DNA from: a virus
Taxonomy: Duplodnaviria > Caudoviricetes
Length of the DNA stretch: 27,766 nucleotides
Strand: one strand, 5' to 3'
Virus record (IMG/VR): IMGVR_UViG_3300036835_000474
Coordinates: 1-27,766 of that record
Of the stretch, positions 15,661 through 24,872 are shown in pieces. The notes under the pieces were generated by a model. It saw only the letters and a program-made list of their open reading frames with translations. It did no database searches and had not been told where the DNA came from. The stretch's first letter is position 1, and each line of letters starts with the position of its first letter. Both the position numbers and the translations under genes were made by a program.

Positions 15661-16085
15661 GCGGGAACGGGTCCCTCCCGCTCACATCGGTGAGGGCGGC
15701 TGCCGCTTCCGCCCTCACCCCCGGTCCCGACGACGAGCCGATCGCCGTGCTGCCCGACCTGGTCGATGCGGTCGAGCCGCCCGCGCTGATGCTGGAGTGG
15801 AACGATCCCTGGCTGGAGCTAGAGACGGTCGCGGGCGGGTTCGGGATCTTCTACGCCCGCCTGAACGTGATCTGCTTCGCCGGTCGGATCGAGCCTGGGC
15901 CGGGCGTCGCGACGCTTGAGCAGCTGGTCGCCTACGCGCTCGGACGCTTCCAGACCGACGCCTATTCGTGGCCGCTGGACGACGCGCAGGCGCCCCGGCG
16001 CTTCGACATCAACGGCATCCCGCTACTGGGTGCGCGGCTCCTGTTCCGGGTGCCGGTCGCGCTCGAAGAAGGAGGAACCCCGTGA
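15657..16085 (+). CDS. Tail completion/terminator protein (putative)
   Basis: PDLVDAVEPPALML; position before the major tail gene; GTGA coupling. Confidence 0.7.
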   Translation: MSGNGSLPLTSVRAAAASALTPGPDDEPIAVLPDLVDAVEPPALMLEWNDPWLELETVAGGFGIFYARLNVICFAGRIEPGPGVATLEQLVAYALGRFQTDAYSWPLDDAQAPRRFDINGIPLLGARLLFRVPVALEEGGTP

Positions 16086-16690
16086 GTATCCCCATGCCGC
16101 TGATCCTGGACGACGCATCGCTCAAGATCGGCACCGACGACACGCCGACGAGCCTCGCCGAGCTTGCCTGCGTGACCAACCATCTCGAACTGTCGCCCGA
16201 CGTCGCGATCACGACGCTTGACACGATGTGCGGCTCGGTCGATTACCCCGGCGTCGTCAAGTGGTCGCTGGTCGCGACGCTCTACCAGTCGCTCGATCCC
16301 GGCGCGACCGAGGACATCCTCAGCCAGGCGGTCGCCGCCGACACGGCCGTGCCCTTCGAGATCCTGCCCTACAAGTCGAAGCCGGTCGGGCCGGACAACC
16401 CCAGCTGGTCGGGGATGGTGATCCCGCAGCCCTACTCGCCGATCAACGGCGACGCGGGCGACGCCTCGACCATCGACCTGGAGTGGTCGGTCGTCGGCCA
16501 GCCGACGAAGTCCGAGACCGACACCGCCGCGCTGAGCGCGCCCGCGACCCCGGCCGGCGATCTGCAGGCGATGACCCGCGCGCAGCTGGATGAGCAGGCG
16601 ACGGCGCTCGGGCTGAACCCGGCCGACTTCCCGACCAAGGACGATGAGATCGCCGCGATCCAGGCGGCGCAGCCGACGCAGGTGACGTGA
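16082..16690 (+). CDS. Major tail protein with C-terminal HeH-like extension
   Basis: GGAGG RBS; LILDDASLKIG, NPSWSG, WSVVGQPTK; position. Confidence 0.82.
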   Translation: MSIPMPLILDDASLKIGTDDTPTSLAELACVTNHLELSPDVAITTLDTMCGSVDYPGVVKWSLVATLYQSLDPGATEDILSQAVAADTAVPFEILPYKSKPVGPDNPSWSGMVIPQPYSPINGDAGDASTIDLEWSVVGQPTKSETDTAALSAPATPAGDLQAMTRAQLDEQATALGLNPADFPTKDDEIAAIQAAQPTQVT

Positions 16691-17085
16691 GCGACGCGAA
16701 GATCACGGTCGTCGGCTTCGATGAACTGGCGTCCGGCTCTAAGCGCCTGTTCGAGAAGGTCGGCGACAGCGTGGCCAAGGACTTCGAGCGCGTCGCCGCC
16801 AAGGAGGCGAGCACGGCACGCGGTCGCGTGCCGCGCGAGACCGGGCGCCTGGCCGGGTCGGTCACCAGCTTCCGCGAAGGAGACCATGCGGTCGTCGGCA
16901 TGGGCGAGGGCGTCCCCTACGCGGGATGGATCGAGTTCGGTGGTACGCGCGGCCGTCCCTACTACCCGCAGGGCCGCTACCTGTTCCCGGTCGTGACGCG
17001 AGCCGAGCCTGAACTGGTCGCGGCCGGGACGAAGGCGGCCGAGCGAGAGATCGGAGGCTTCACATGGAAGAACCCGCAGCCGTGA
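16687..17085 (+). CDS. HK97 gp10-like tail component
   Basis: VPRETGRLAGS, VPYAGWIEFGG, GRYLFP. Confidence 0.82.
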   Translation: MSDAKITVVGFDELASGSKRLFEKVGDSVAKDFERVAAKEASTARGRVPRETGRLAGSVTSFREGDHAVVGMGEGVPYAGWIEFGGTRGRPYYPQGRYLFPVVTRAEPELVAAGTKAAEREIGGFTWKNPQP

Positions 17086-17390
17086 GTCGGTTGCCGCTGC
17101 CGAAGACCGTCAGCGTGCCGGACAACCCCGCCGAGATGAGCCTGACCCCGCGCGAGATGCGCGAGCTCAAGGCGACGTCGGGCCTGCGGCTCGACTACCT
17201 GTTCGGCGACGAGTCCGACCTGGACGAGAAGACGCAGATGATGGTCTGGTTGCAGCTGCGCCGCCAGGGCCACGACGCCAGCTGGGAGGACGCGGCCGAC
17301 GTGCAGCCGGTGCCCGCGACGGAGGAGCCGGACCCTACGAACGGCGATCCGTCGAAGCCCTCGCCGCCTTCTGCCGCTACTGGCGAATGA
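17064..17390 (+). CDS. Tail assembly chaperone (gpG-like)
   Basis: GGAGG RBS; position just before the TMP; alternative start GTG 17082. Confidence 0.75.
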   Translation: MEEPAAVSRLPLPKTVSVPDNPAEMSLTPREMRELKATSGLRLDYLFGDESDLDEKTQMMVWLQLRRQGHDASWEDAADVQPVPATEEPDPTNGDPSKPSPPSAATGE

Positions 17391-17509
17391 CCCCGCGCGA
17401 GGTCGATGAACTGAGCCCGGAGGAATACCGGGCCTTCGCGGCCTACCAGAACCGCGAGGCGCGCGAGGCGCAGCGAGCGGCGCGGGCCTCGAAGAAGGGC
17501 AGGCGCTGA
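17333..17509 (+). CDS. Tail assembly chaperone -1 frameshift extension (gpGT-like)
   Basis: The -1 frame from GACCCTAC reads PYERRSVEALAAFCRYWRMTPREVDELSPEEYRAF..; its stop lies 1 nt before the TMP start. Confidence 0.7.
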   Translation, partial: PYERRSVEALAAFCRYWRMTPREVDELSPEEYRAFAAYQNREAREAQRAARASKKGRR

Positions 17510-17510
17510 C

Positions 17511-19397
17511 GTGGCGAACCCTGCGATCTACGTCGAGTACATCGCCAACACGAAGAAGCTGATCGACGGCGTCAAGGATCTGCAGAAGACCGGCGAGTCG
17601 GCCTCGAAGGGCTGGGACTGGAAGCGGGTGGCGAAGTGGTCGGGCGCCGCCGTCGCGGTCGGCGCGGCGGCGGGCTACGTCAAGTCGGCGGTCGGCGCGA
17701 CCGAGGATCTGGCGAAGTCAACGCTGGCGCTCAGCCGCACGACCGGGATGGACGCGAAGACCTCGTCGGAGTGGGCCGAGGTGTTGAAGTCGCGCAACAT
17801 CGAGACCAAGGCCTTCCAGATGTCGATGGTCAAGCTGTCGAAGCTGATGGAGACCTCGCGGCAGAAGCAGGCCGCCGCCGCGCAGGCCGCCCGCGACTAC
17901 AACGAAGCCGCCGCGCAGCTGACCCCGATCATCGAGAAGGGCGGCAAGGCCGGCGCCGAGGCGACGAAGGAACTGAACAAGTGGGGCAACATGGCCGACT
18001 CGGCAGCGCGCGCCGCCGACAAGGCTAACGCGCCCTTCACGCAGCTGGGCGTCTCGCTGGCCGACGTGCGCAAGGGCGACACGCAGAAGGTGCTGCTGGA
18101 GGCGGCGGACGGCTTCGCGAAGATCCGCAACCCGGCGCAGCGGGCCGCGCTCGCCCAGCAGCTGTTCGCCCGCCAGGGGCAGGCGCTCGCGCCGCTGCTC
18201 TACAAGGGGTCGAAGGCGATTCAGGAGCAGCTGGACACCGCCGACAAGTACGGCGCGACCCTCGACGGCAAGACGACCAAGTCGGTCGGCGAACTGATCG
18301 CGCAGCAGCGCGAGATGGGGATCGCGATGGACGGGGTCAAGATCAAGCTCGGCTCAGCGCTGATGCCGGTGATCCTCTCGCTCGCGACGGCGCTGATCGG
18401 GGTCGTGCGCGTCATGCAACCGCTGACCACGAACGCGACCGCGATGAAGGTCGCGATCGGCCTGCTGGTCGTCGCCTTCGTCGCCTACAAGGTCGCGGTG
18501 ATCGCCTCGACCATCGCCTCGCTCGGGCTGAACGCCTCGATGCTGCCGACCATCGCCATCGCCGCCGCGATCGTCGTCGGGATCGCCGCCCTGATCGCGA
18601 TCGGCGTGCTGCTCTACAAGCACTGGGACGACCTCTCGAAGCTGGCGGGCAAGGTCTGGAGCGGAATCAAGAAGGGTGCTCAGGCGGCGCTCGACTGGTT
18701 GAAGCGCAACTGGCCGCTGATCCTCGGCGTGCTCGCCGGTCCCTTCGGGCTGGCGATCGTCGCGATCTACAAGAACTGGGACAAGATCACGGGCGCGATC
18801 AGCGACGGCTTCGCTGCGGTCAAGAAGGCGATCGGCGCCGGGCAGGCGGCGGTCGTCGGCTGGGGCACGAACATCGCCAACTGGATCAAGAGCGGGATCG
18901 TCGGCGCCCTGGCGGGGATCGGCTCGGCCGCCTGGGGCGTGGTCAACAACGTCGGCGCCGTCATCAGCCAGTACATCGGCAAGATCAGGGGCTGGGGCGA
19001 GATCATCGGCAACGGCATCAAGGCCGGGTTCAGCGCCTCGATCAGCGGCCTGGCGGCGATCTTCAAGGGCGCCCTGAACGCCGTCCTCAAGCTCTGGAAC
19101 GCCCTCAAGATCCCCGGCTTCAAGATCAAGGGTCCGGGTCCGCTGCCCGACATCAAGTTCCCGGCGATCAAGTTCCCGGACATCCCGCTGCTCGCCCAGG
19201 GCGGGGTCGTGACCGGCCCGACGCTGGCGATGCTGGGCGAGGCAGGCCCGGAGGCGGTCGTGCCGCTCGGGCAGGGCGGCGCGCCGGTCGAGGTCAGGGT
19301 CTTCATCGGCGAGACCGAACTGCGCGGCCTGGTCAGGGCCGAGGTGCGGACGGCCAACAACCGCACCGCGCAGGTGCTGCTGGCGGGGTCGCGCTAG
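17511..19397 (+). CDS. Tape measure protein
   Basis: Ala/Lys-rich helical sequence with Trp periodicity and C-terminal IPLLAQGGVVTGPTLAMLGEAGPEAVVPL. Confidence 0.93.
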   Translation: MANPAIYVEYIANTKKLIDGVKDLQKTGESASKGWDWKRVAKWSGAAVAVGAAAGYVKSAVGATEDLAKSTLALSRTTGMDAKTSSEWAEVLKSRNIETKAFQMSMVKLSKLMETSRQKQAAAAQAARDYNEAAAQLTPIIEKGGKAGAEATKELNKWGNMADSAARAADKANAPFTQLGVSLADVRKGDTQKVLLEAADGFAKIRNPAQRAALAQQLFARQGQALAPLLYKGSKAIQEQLDTADKYGATLDGKTTKSVGELIAQQREMGIAMDGVKIKLGSALMPVILSLATALIGVVRVMQPLTTNATAMKVAIGLLVVAFVAYKVAVIASTIASLGLNASMLPTIAIAAAIVVGIAALIAIGVLLYKHWDDLSKLAGKVWSGIKKGAQAALDWLKRNWPLILGVLAGPFGLAIVAIYKNWDKITGAISDGFAAVKKAIGAGQAAVVGWGTNIANWIKSGIVGALAGIGSAAWGVVNNVGAVISQYIGKIRGWGEIIGNGIKAGFSASISGLAAIFKGALNAVLKLWNALKIPGFKIKGPGPLPDIKFPAIKFPDIPLLAQGGVVTGPTLAMLGEAGPEAVVPLGQGGAPVEVRVFIGETELRGLVRAEVRTANNRTAQVLLAGSR

Positions 19398-20231
19398 ATG
19401 GCGGTCGCGCTCGCCGCCGACCTCGACCCCGTCCGGCTGGCGACCCAGCTAACGGTCAGCGGCCTGCCGGCGAGCACGGCAACGCTGACGATCAGCCGCG
19501 TCGGCCCGAGCGGCGTCCCCGCCGGGGTGCGCGGCTCGGTCGGCGCCGTGGCGCATCCGACGACCTACACGGCGCGCGACTTCGAGGTGCCGCTGGATGT
19601 GAGCGTCACCTACACGGTGACCGTCTACAACGCTGCGGGCGCGGTCGTCGGCAGCGCGACCGCGATCTTCCGCATCGCCTACGGCGACTGCCGCGCCTGG
19701 CTGGTCGATCTCGCGCGCTCGACCAACAGCCTGCAGACGACGGTCGAGTCGATGAGCGAACTCGACTACTCCGTCCCGGCGGGCATCCACCGCGTGCTCA
19801 ACCGGCGCGCGCCGGTCGTCAGCGCCCTCCCCGCTTGGACGCCCTCCAGCGAACTGATCCTGCTGACGGACACGCAGGACGAGCGCGACCGCATGCGCGC
19901 GCTGCTCGGGACGGGCTATCCCTTCCTGCTGCGGACCGAACCCGCGCAGGGGATCGGCAACATGTACCTGACCGTCTCCGAGTTCGTGGAGGAGCGGTTC
20001 CTCAGCCTCGGCGTCGCCGCCGAACGGCGCTTCCGCGTCCAGGTCGTGCAGGTCAACCGGCCCGACCCTTCGATCTACGTCCCGGTCGCGCCGAACACCT
20101 ACGCCAACGTCAAGGCGACCTTCGCAACCTATGCCGCCCTCAAGGCGGGCGTCGCCAGCTACGACGAACTCGCCTACACCTACCCGGAAGGGATCAGCCC
20201 GATCCCGATCTGGCCGCCGGACGACGTCTGA
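19398..20231 (+). CDS. Minor tail (distal-tail-like) protein
   Basis: ARDFEVPL, AWLVD, TYANV..TYAAL repeats; follows the TMP. Confidence 0.75.
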   Translation: MAVALAADLDPVRLATQLTVSGLPASTATLTISRVGPSGVPAGVRGSVGAVAHPTTYTARDFEVPLDVSVTYTVTVYNAAGAVVGSATAIFRIAYGDCRAWLVDLARSTNSLQTTVESMSELDYSVPAGIHRVLNRRAPVVSALPAWTPSSELILLTDTQDERDRMRALLGTGYPFLLRTEPAQGIGNMYLTVSEFVEERFLSLGVAAERRFRVQVVQVNRPDPSIYVPVAPNTYANVKATFATYAALKAGVASYDELAYTYPEGISPIPIWPPDDV

Positions 20232-21424
20232 TGCTTGCCGTCTCCGACCGCTTCCTGCGCGCGCTGCGCGACACGCACACGATCAGCGTCGCGGCCTGGA
20301 TCTACCGCCCGGCCGCGCCGACCGTCCCGATCACGGTGCAGATCGTCGGCGGGCAGATGACCTGCGACATCGACGCGACGATCTTGCGCCAGGCGACCCT
20401 CGAAGTCGCCTTCGGGCTGACCGACCCGCTGACCGTCGAGATCGTGCGCGAGCTCCCGTTCGGCGGCTACTGCGTGCTGGAGCGCGGGATCCGCTACGCC
20501 AGCGGTGAGGTCGAGCGCGTGCAGCTGGGGCGCTTCAGGATCGACTCGGTCGTGTGGGCCGAGCTTCAGGGCCAGGCCTCGCTGACGCTCAACGACCGGA
20601 TGGCGCAGATCGCCGACGAGGCGTTCGTGACGCCCTGGGTCGCTACCGGCCAGCGACCCTCGGACGCGATCGTGGCGATGGTGCAGGACGTCTTCGGCTC
20701 CTCGATCGCCTATCACGTCTCGACCAACCCGGCGAGCGAGACGGCGCTGGGCGACACGATCTACGACGAGGACCGAGCCAGCGCGATCTCGGAACTCGCC
20801 TCGGGCATCGGCGCCGAGGCGCTGTTCGACAACCTGGGCGACTTCGTCCTGCGCCCGCGCCCCACGCTCGACGCCGGCGGGACACCGGTCTGGACGATCG
20901 ACGCGGGCGAGGGCGGCGTGCTGCTCGGCGCCGAGGAGTCGCTGGATCGCTCCAGCGTCCGCAACGGGGTCGCGATGCGCGCGCAGGCCGACCCGGCGCT
21001 GCCGCCGATCTACTCACTGGCGACCGACAGCGACCCGACCTCGCCGACCCGCTGGGGAGGGCCGTTCGGGAAGGTCGCCCTGGTCGCGCGGTCGTCCGCC
21101 ATCCAGACGCAAGCGCAGGCCGACTCGGCCGCCGCCTCGCTGCTCAACCTGCGCCTCGGCCTGTCGCGCAACCTGACCCTGCGCGGCGTCCCGAACCCGG
21201 CGTTGGAGCCGGACGACCTGGTCGAGATCGTGCACGCCGACGGTCGGACCGAGCCGCAGATCGTCAACGCGCTGACGATCAGCCTCGACGCTGAGGGCGA
21301 GCTCGAGCTCACGACGCGCGCCAACTGGAGGCCGCAGGCGATCTCGCCCGCTACGCGGATCCAGGTCTGGAGCGACGAGGCGGCGCTACGCGAGATGGAC
21401 GACGCGAGGCTGGTCGAGGCGTGA
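20231..21424 (+). CDS. Minor tail/hub protein (DUF5047-like)
   Basis: MLAVSDRF, ERGIRY..ERVQLGRFRI, SPTRWGGPFGKV, VPNPALEPDD; TGATG coupling. Confidence 0.8.
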   Translation: MLAVSDRFLRALRDTHTISVAAWIYRPAAPTVPITVQIVGGQMTCDIDATILRQATLEVAFGLTDPLTVEIVRELPFGGYCVLERGIRYASGEVERVQLGRFRIDSVVWAELQGQASLTLNDRMAQIADEAFVTPWVATGQRPSDAIVAMVQDVFGSSIAYHVSTNPASETALGDTIYDEDRASAISELASGIGAEALFDNLGDFVLRPRPTLDAGGTPVWTIDAGEGGVLLGAEESLDRSSVRNGVAMRAQADPALPPIYSLATDSDPTSPTRWGGPFGKVALVARSSAIQTQAQADSAAASLLNLRLGLSRNLTLRGVPNPALEPDDLVEIVHADGRTEPQIVNALTISLDAEGELELTTRANWRPQAISPATRIQVWSDEAALREMDDARLVEA

Positions 21425-22038
21425 GCAGCGTCCCCTTCACCCGTGCGCTCGACTACGTCCTGCGCGACCAGATCGGGGGTAGCAGTCAGGGCGCCGCGCT
21501 GCGCGCGGGCGTCGTGACCGCGATCCCGGACGCCAAGCATGTGACCGTGGCGATCGGCGGCCAGACGCTGACGATCCCTCGTCTCTCGATCTACGCGCCG
21601 ACCGTCGGCGAGGGCGTGCAGATCCTGGCCGACGAAGATGTCGGCCTGCTGCTGGCGATCGGCGCCGTCGGCGGCGTCTCGCCGAGCGGCGGGGTTGGAC
21701 CGGGGAGCGCCGTCGGGCAGATCCTGACCTGGAACGGCTCGGCCTGGGTCGCCGGGAGTTCGGCGCCGCAGCTGGGCGGGCTGACGCCCGACCGCTACGT
21801 CCAGAACGCGCAGACCGGCACGCGCCGACTCTGGTTCACGCAGCAGACGCTGGTGACCGACGGCGCCGGGGTCGGCGTGATCGGGAACGGCCTCGGTGTC
21901 GTCCCCGCCGTCTGGTTCGTCTTCTCGAACCAGACGCCCGGCCAGGTGCTCGGCGCGACCGCGACCGCGACCACGATCACCGCTATCACGACCGTCATCA
22001 GCGGCTCGATTCTCGTGTCCTGTCTACTGATCGCCTAG
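21421..22038 (+). CDS. Minor tail protein
   Basis: OB-like N-terminus (YAPTVGEGV) and GQILTWNGSAWV fibre-type motif. Confidence 0.72.
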   Translation: MSSVPFTRALDYVLRDQIGGSSQGAALRAGVVTAIPDAKHVTVAIGGQTLTIPRLSIYAPTVGEGVQILADEDVGLLLAIGAVGGVSPSGGVGPGSAVGQILTWNGSAWVAGSSAPQLGGLTPDRYVQNAQTGTRRLWFTQQTLVTDGAGVGVIGNGLGVVPAVWFVFSNQTPGQVLGATATATTITAITTVISGSILVSCLLIA

Positions 22039-22051
22039 AAGGAGGGCGCCA

Positions 22052-22642
22052 ATGGCTTCCGCGACTCCCGTCTATCAGCTGCCCTTTCCGGTCCCCGCCG
22101 ATCCGGCCGACGTTCCGGCCGACATGCAGGCGCTCGCGAACCGGATCGAGGCCGTCATCGCGCCGGGCAGCGCATCGGGGCAGATCCCGATTTGGGACAA
22201 CGCCGCGCACAAGTGGACGCCAGGCACGCCGCCCGCCCAGGGCGCCGAACTGGTCTACGTCGAGGGGACGGCAGCGATCGTGATTAACACCGTCACGCAG
22301 GCGGCGATCACGATCGTGACGGCCGGAGCGCTCACGCTCGATGGCTCGACGCCGATTTGGGTCGAGTTCTTCGCGCCGCAGGCGACTCTCTCGGGTGCCG
22401 CCAGCCAGGGCATTCAGTTCTGGTTGTGGGACGGCTCGACCAGCCTTGGCGTGGTCGCGCAGGTCGTCGGCGCGAGTGCGGTCGGTGGTCCGGTGATCGG
22501 GCGGCGGAAGCTCACACCGTCGGCCGGAAGCCACACCTACAGCATCCGCGCGAACTCACTGGCGGCCGGGTCGAACAGCGTCGGCGCGGGCACCGGACCT
22601 GGCGGCTACGTGCCGCTCTACATCCGGGCGACTCGTGTCTAG
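22052..22642 (+). CDS. Tail fibre/receptor-binding protein (putative)
   Basis: TPVYQLPFP..DVPADMQALA; beta-rich C-terminus; AAGGAGG RBS. Confidence 0.75.
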   Translation: MASATPVYQLPFPVPADPADVPADMQALANRIEAVIAPGSASGQIPIWDNAAHKWTPGTPPAQGAELVYVEGTAAIVINTVTQAAITIVTAGALTLDGSTPIWVEFFAPQATLSGAASQGIQFWLWDGSTSLGVVAQVVGASAVGGPVIGRRKLTPSAGSHTYSIRANSLAAGSNSVGAGTGPGGYVPLYIRATRV

Positions 22643-22845
22643 CGACGCCGGGACGGCTCGTGCGGATGGGGCAGTGCCCAGGAGCGGGCCGAGCGCCACA
22701 TCGACAGCGGGATCAGGTCGGGTATCTCGCGGCGGCGGTGGCCGCAGTTCTCGCACACGTAGGGAGCGCCACCCTTGACGAACGGCGCGAGTCGGTAGCG
22801 ATGGCGACGGCGCAAGCCACAGCGGAGTTGGGCAAGCAGACGCAC
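22639..22845 (-). CDS. Possible small Zn-binding protein, inverted between tail fibre and lysin
   Basis: Fills the 217-bp gap; C..H..CENCG motif; no RBS. Confidence 0.4.
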   Translation of the reverse strand: MRLLAQLRCGLRRRHRYRLAPFVKGGAPYVCENCGHRRREIPDLIPLSMWRSARSWALPHPHEPSRRR

Positions 22846-22859
22846 GGAAGGAGCGAAGC

Positions 22860-23825
22860 ATGGCAGATCCGGCCCTAGCGTGGGTGATCGGGCCTGGCCC
22901 GCGCCCGCACAACAACAGCCGACTGACGCGGACGCTCTACGCGCCCGACAACCCGAACCAGAAGACGCAGAGCGACGGCAAGGACGTGCAGGCGATCAAG
23001 CGGATGGTCTCGCGGGCGGGCTTCTGGAAGTGGCAGGAGTTCGACCGCAGCTACAGCAACGCCTTCGCCCACGGCGCGACCGGCCCGACAGGCTCCGGGC
23101 CGGGGGTCGATGGCCTGCGCAAGGCGCTCGGGATCTTCGACGGCTCGGGCACCTTCAACGAACGCTGCTACCACGCGCTGCTCTACGCGAAGGTCCCGGC
23201 CGGGTCACCCCACGCCGGGGAGTGGGTCTGTGACGCCACCAGCGCCCAGCTGCTGGCCGAGTACGAGCAGGCCTGGAAGAAGGATCACCCGGACCCTAAA
23301 CCCGAGCCTGCGGGGAAGCCGCGCGATGTCGCCATGCGCCACCTGGCCGCGCGCGTCGGCTACACCGAGCAGCCCGCAGGCTCGAACTGTGACGACCGCT
23401 CGGACGGGATCCGCACCGCGCAGACCAAGACGGCGGGCGGCGGGACGTGGCTGCTCTACCAGCCCTGGTGCGGCTGCTGGTGCTTCTACGCGCTGGCGGC
23501 GGCCGGGGTCAAAGGACTCGGCTCCTGGATGGCCTCGGTCGCCTCGATCGAGTCCTACGCCAAGTCCGCCTCCTACTGCTTCAAGGGCTGGACGACCGAT
23601 CGCTCGCGCGCTCGCCCCGGCGACCTCGTTTGCATCGGTGGCTACGGCCAGCACGTCGAGACCGTGCGCGGCAAGCTGCAGAGCGACGGAGGCCTGCCGA
23701 CCTACGGCGGGAACACCTCGTCGGGGTCGTCCGGCTCGCAGTCGAACGGCGGCGGCGCCTACGCGCGCGTTCGCTACGCCAGCGAGGTGCGCGGGGTCGC
23801 CCTCGTCCGCTACCCAGGAGAGTGA
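22860..23825 (+). CDS. Endolysin with C-terminal CHAP amidase domain
   Basis: VGYTEQPAGSN, QPWCGCWC (catalytic Cys), PGDLV, HVETV (His), GGNTS; N-terminal part resembles a peptidoglycan-binding domain. Confidence 0.88.
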   Translation: MADPALAWVIGPGPRPHNNSRLTRTLYAPDNPNQKTQSDGKDVQAIKRMVSRAGFWKWQEFDRSYSNAFAHGATGPTGSGPGVDGLRKALGIFDGSGTFNERCYHALLYAKVPAGSPHAGEWVCDATSAQLLAEYEQAWKKDHPDPKPEPAGKPRDVAMRHLAARVGYTEQPAGSNCDDRSDGIRTAQTKTAGGGTWLLYQPWCGCWCFYALAAAGVKGLGSWMASVASIESYAKSASYCFKGWTTDRSRARPGDLVCIGGYGQHVETVRGKLQSDGGLPTYGGNTSSGSSGSQSNGGGAYARVRYASEVRGVALVRYPGE

Positions 23826-23830
23826 GAGAG

Positions 23831-23992
23831 ATGGACATCTCCGACCCGACCGACGAGCAGATCGAGGAGGGCGACTACGGCGACGAGGCGGCGGACGTCG
23901 CCGGCGACCAGGCGCCCGCCGACTGGAGCGAGCAGCCGAACTCGGACGCCGGGCTGACGCCTGGCGCGCGCGAGAAGCTAGGGCTGACCTGA
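23831..23992 (+). CDS. Small acidic protein (53 aa)
   Basis: ATG 5 nt after the lysin stop; MDISDPTDEQIEEGDYGDE... Confidence 0.65.
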   Translation: MDISDPTDEQIEEGDYGDEAADVAGDQAPADWSEQPNSDAGLTPGAREKLGLT

Positions 23993-23997
23993 GCGCG

Positions 23998-24049
23998 TTG
24001 TCCCCAGCTGTGGACGGTCGTCTGTGGAGAGTGGGGATAACGATCCACA
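23998..24049. promoter_or_regulatory. Cluster of five DnaA-box-like 9-mers
   Basis: TTGTCCCCA (23998), TGTGGACGG (24009), TGTGGAGAG (24023), TGGGGATAA (24032), CGATCCACA (24041); 1-2 mismatches each to TTRTCCACA or its complement. Confidence 0.7.
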
Positions 24050-24126
24050 GGACTTGCGGGCGGCGCGGAGGCTTGAAACGATCCAGCCTTGGCAACTGCG
24101 GCATCTCGACAGGCAGGAGGTGCGAG

Positions 24127-24696
24127 GTGCGCCGGGGGGAAGCTGATCGAACGAAGGACGACTTGCTCGGATGCCTGGAGCAGTACGACCACGTTGAGGT
24201 CGAAGGGATCCTGGGGCGAATGAGCGCCGCGATCGGGCGGGTGCACGCCGAGGACTTCGACGTCCGGCGCCACCTGCTCGACGTCGCCTGCACGGTTCTT
24301 CGGCGTCGCGGGCGGCGGGCGCTGGAGCGGGCCTACGGCGAACGGCTGGAGCAGGCGGGCGCTCTGCTCTGGCTGTTCGATGAAGACGAGTATGTGCTGG
24401 CGGTCAGCGAGCGCGCGGCGGCCAGCCTCGGCTACGCGCCCGTCGATCTGGTCGGGCACTCAAATGAGATGTTCAAGGCACCGGGGCAGGACTGGAGCGC
24501 GCTGCGGCACGACCTCGATACGAACGGCGGCAGCAGCGGCGTGACGCTCGCGCTGACGAAGGACGGGCGGGTGGCGACGGTCGAGCACCGGGCGCGCACG
24601 CTGGCCGTGGCGGGCGCGGCGATGTTCCTGGTGCAGACGCGCGTCCTGACCGTGTCGGCGCTCGCCGATCTCGCGCTGATGGCGGCGGTCGCGTGA
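24127..24696 (+). CDS. Stand-alone PAS-domain protein
   Basis: AGGAGG RBS; LFDEDEYVLAVSERAAASLGYAPVDLVG..LTKDGRVATVEHRARTL matches the PAS/PAC pattern. Confidence 0.8.
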   Translation: MRRGEADRTKDDLLGCLEQYDHVEVEGILGRMSAAIGRVHAEDFDVRRHLLDVACTVLRRRGRRALERAYGERLEQAGALLWLFDEDEYVLAVSERAAASLGYAPVDLVGHSNEMFKAPGQDWSALRHDLDTNGGSSGVTLALTKDGRVATVEHRARTLAVAGAAMFLVQTRVLTVSALADLALMAAVA

Positions 24697-24872
24697 GCCT
24701 CCCACTGGCGCTCGCGGTCGGGACGCTGGCGCTCGCGCTTGCCGCCGCGACGCTCTGGCTGGTGCTGCACGCCTTCGACCGGATCGAGCGCGAGCTCCAG
24801 AGCGACGAGGAGATCGCCGAGGCGAACGCGCGCCCGCGCGGTAACGTCGCGACCTTGGAGCGGAAGCGATGA
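24693..24872 (+). CDS. Single-TM small protein (59 aa)
   Basis: MSLPLALAVGTLALALAAATLWLVLHAFDRIEREL..; coupled at both ends. Confidence 0.7.
   Translation: MSLPLALAVGTLALALAAATLWLVLHAFDRIERELQSDEEIAEANARPRGNVATLERKR

Noticed and set aside
19835-20230. N-terminal extension of the hub protein ORF
   Set aside because: Off-frame shadow; the TGATG-coupled start at 20231 fits better.
23110-24126. Long N-terminal extension of the PAS ORF (528 aa)
   Set aside because: Off-frame overlap with the lysin, low complexity; the RBS supports GTG 24127.
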